A stretch of DNA of 32,153 nucleotides from a bacterium (lineage in GTDB: Bacteria; Krumholzibacteriota; Krumholzibacteriia; JACNKJ01): positions 1 through 32,153 of the forward strand of contig JACNKJ010000218.1 of NCBI GenBank assembly GCA_014382085.1, written 5' to 3'. The notes under the pieces were generated by a model, which saw only the letters and a program-made list of their open reading frames with translations, did not search any database and was not told the origin of the DNA. Shown in pieces: positions 31,926 to 32,153 of the stretch. The first letter of the stretch is position 1. Each line of letters opens with the position of its first letter. Made by a program: the position numbers and the translations under genes.

Positions 31926-32153
31926 CGAAGAACGGTCATGCGGCGGGTCCACCGTTTCTGGCCTGAGCGAGCCCGCAATAGGTATACCCCTGAAAAGGGA
32001 CCCATCGGCAGGGGCAAAGCATGGCGCCCTCCCCGGTCCCATTTTCGCCCCACCCCCGCCAATTCCCGGCCACGGGTCACGGCCAGTTTCAAGGCCGCCC
32101 CCCTCCCCCCCCCTCTCTTTGACAAAATCACCGGTTCTCCCCCCCGCAATTGG

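Noticed and set aside
1-32153. Mobile element, prophage or defence island
   Set aside because: There is no integrase, transposase, tRNA target, terminal inverted repeat or recognisable defence gene. Gene content is housekeeping/envelope with operon-like packing.

Overview
Bacterial chromosomal window of about 32 kb. I saw no rRNA, tRNA, CRISPR array, transposase or integrase. The core (6.46-21.1 kb, minus strand) is a complete single-locus type IVa pilus (T4P) system. Its order is pilB-pilC, terminator, pilA, terminator, three minor pilins, pilM-pilN-pilO-pilP-like-pilQ-pilT-orf-pilD, with many overlapping or abutting stop/start codons. Left flank: a tight minus-strand operon of a Hanks Ser/Thr kinase (TM + TPR), two unrecognised small tandem paralogs, and a GAF-SpoIIE/PP2C phosphatase that runs off the window edge and is absent from the ORF track. 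This is followed by an aminotransferase and a secreted protein with a T9SS-type C-terminal sorting domain. Right flank: an ECF sigma / zinc-finger anti-sigma operon carrying three exported proteins (Spy/CpxP-like, Fn3 lipoprotein, DUF4384-like). Next comes an oxidative-stress patch (Fe-SOD, exported MsrB, flavin-reductase-like protein, and an exported MsrA interrupted by an in-frame TGA), and a large acidic lipoprotein paired with an outer-membrane beta-barrel. The T9SS-like tail and gene content suggest an uncultured FCB-group-like lineage (low confidence). The most unusual items are listed here. (1) The kinase / two small paralogs / phosphatase module. (2) PilM fused to a roughly 340-residue A/E/K/R repeat plus a roughly 230-residue disordered linker. 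(3) A PilT-like ATPase whose His-box histidines are both replaced. (4) msrA with TGA at a conserved Gly codon. (5) The ECF operon cargo with a Trp/His-rich segment and Lys-rich tails. Several ORF-track starts are GTG/TTG extensions, and I re-set them where a Shine-Dalgarno (SD) sequence plus ATG is visible. All family calls come from motif recognition by eye, and no searches were run.
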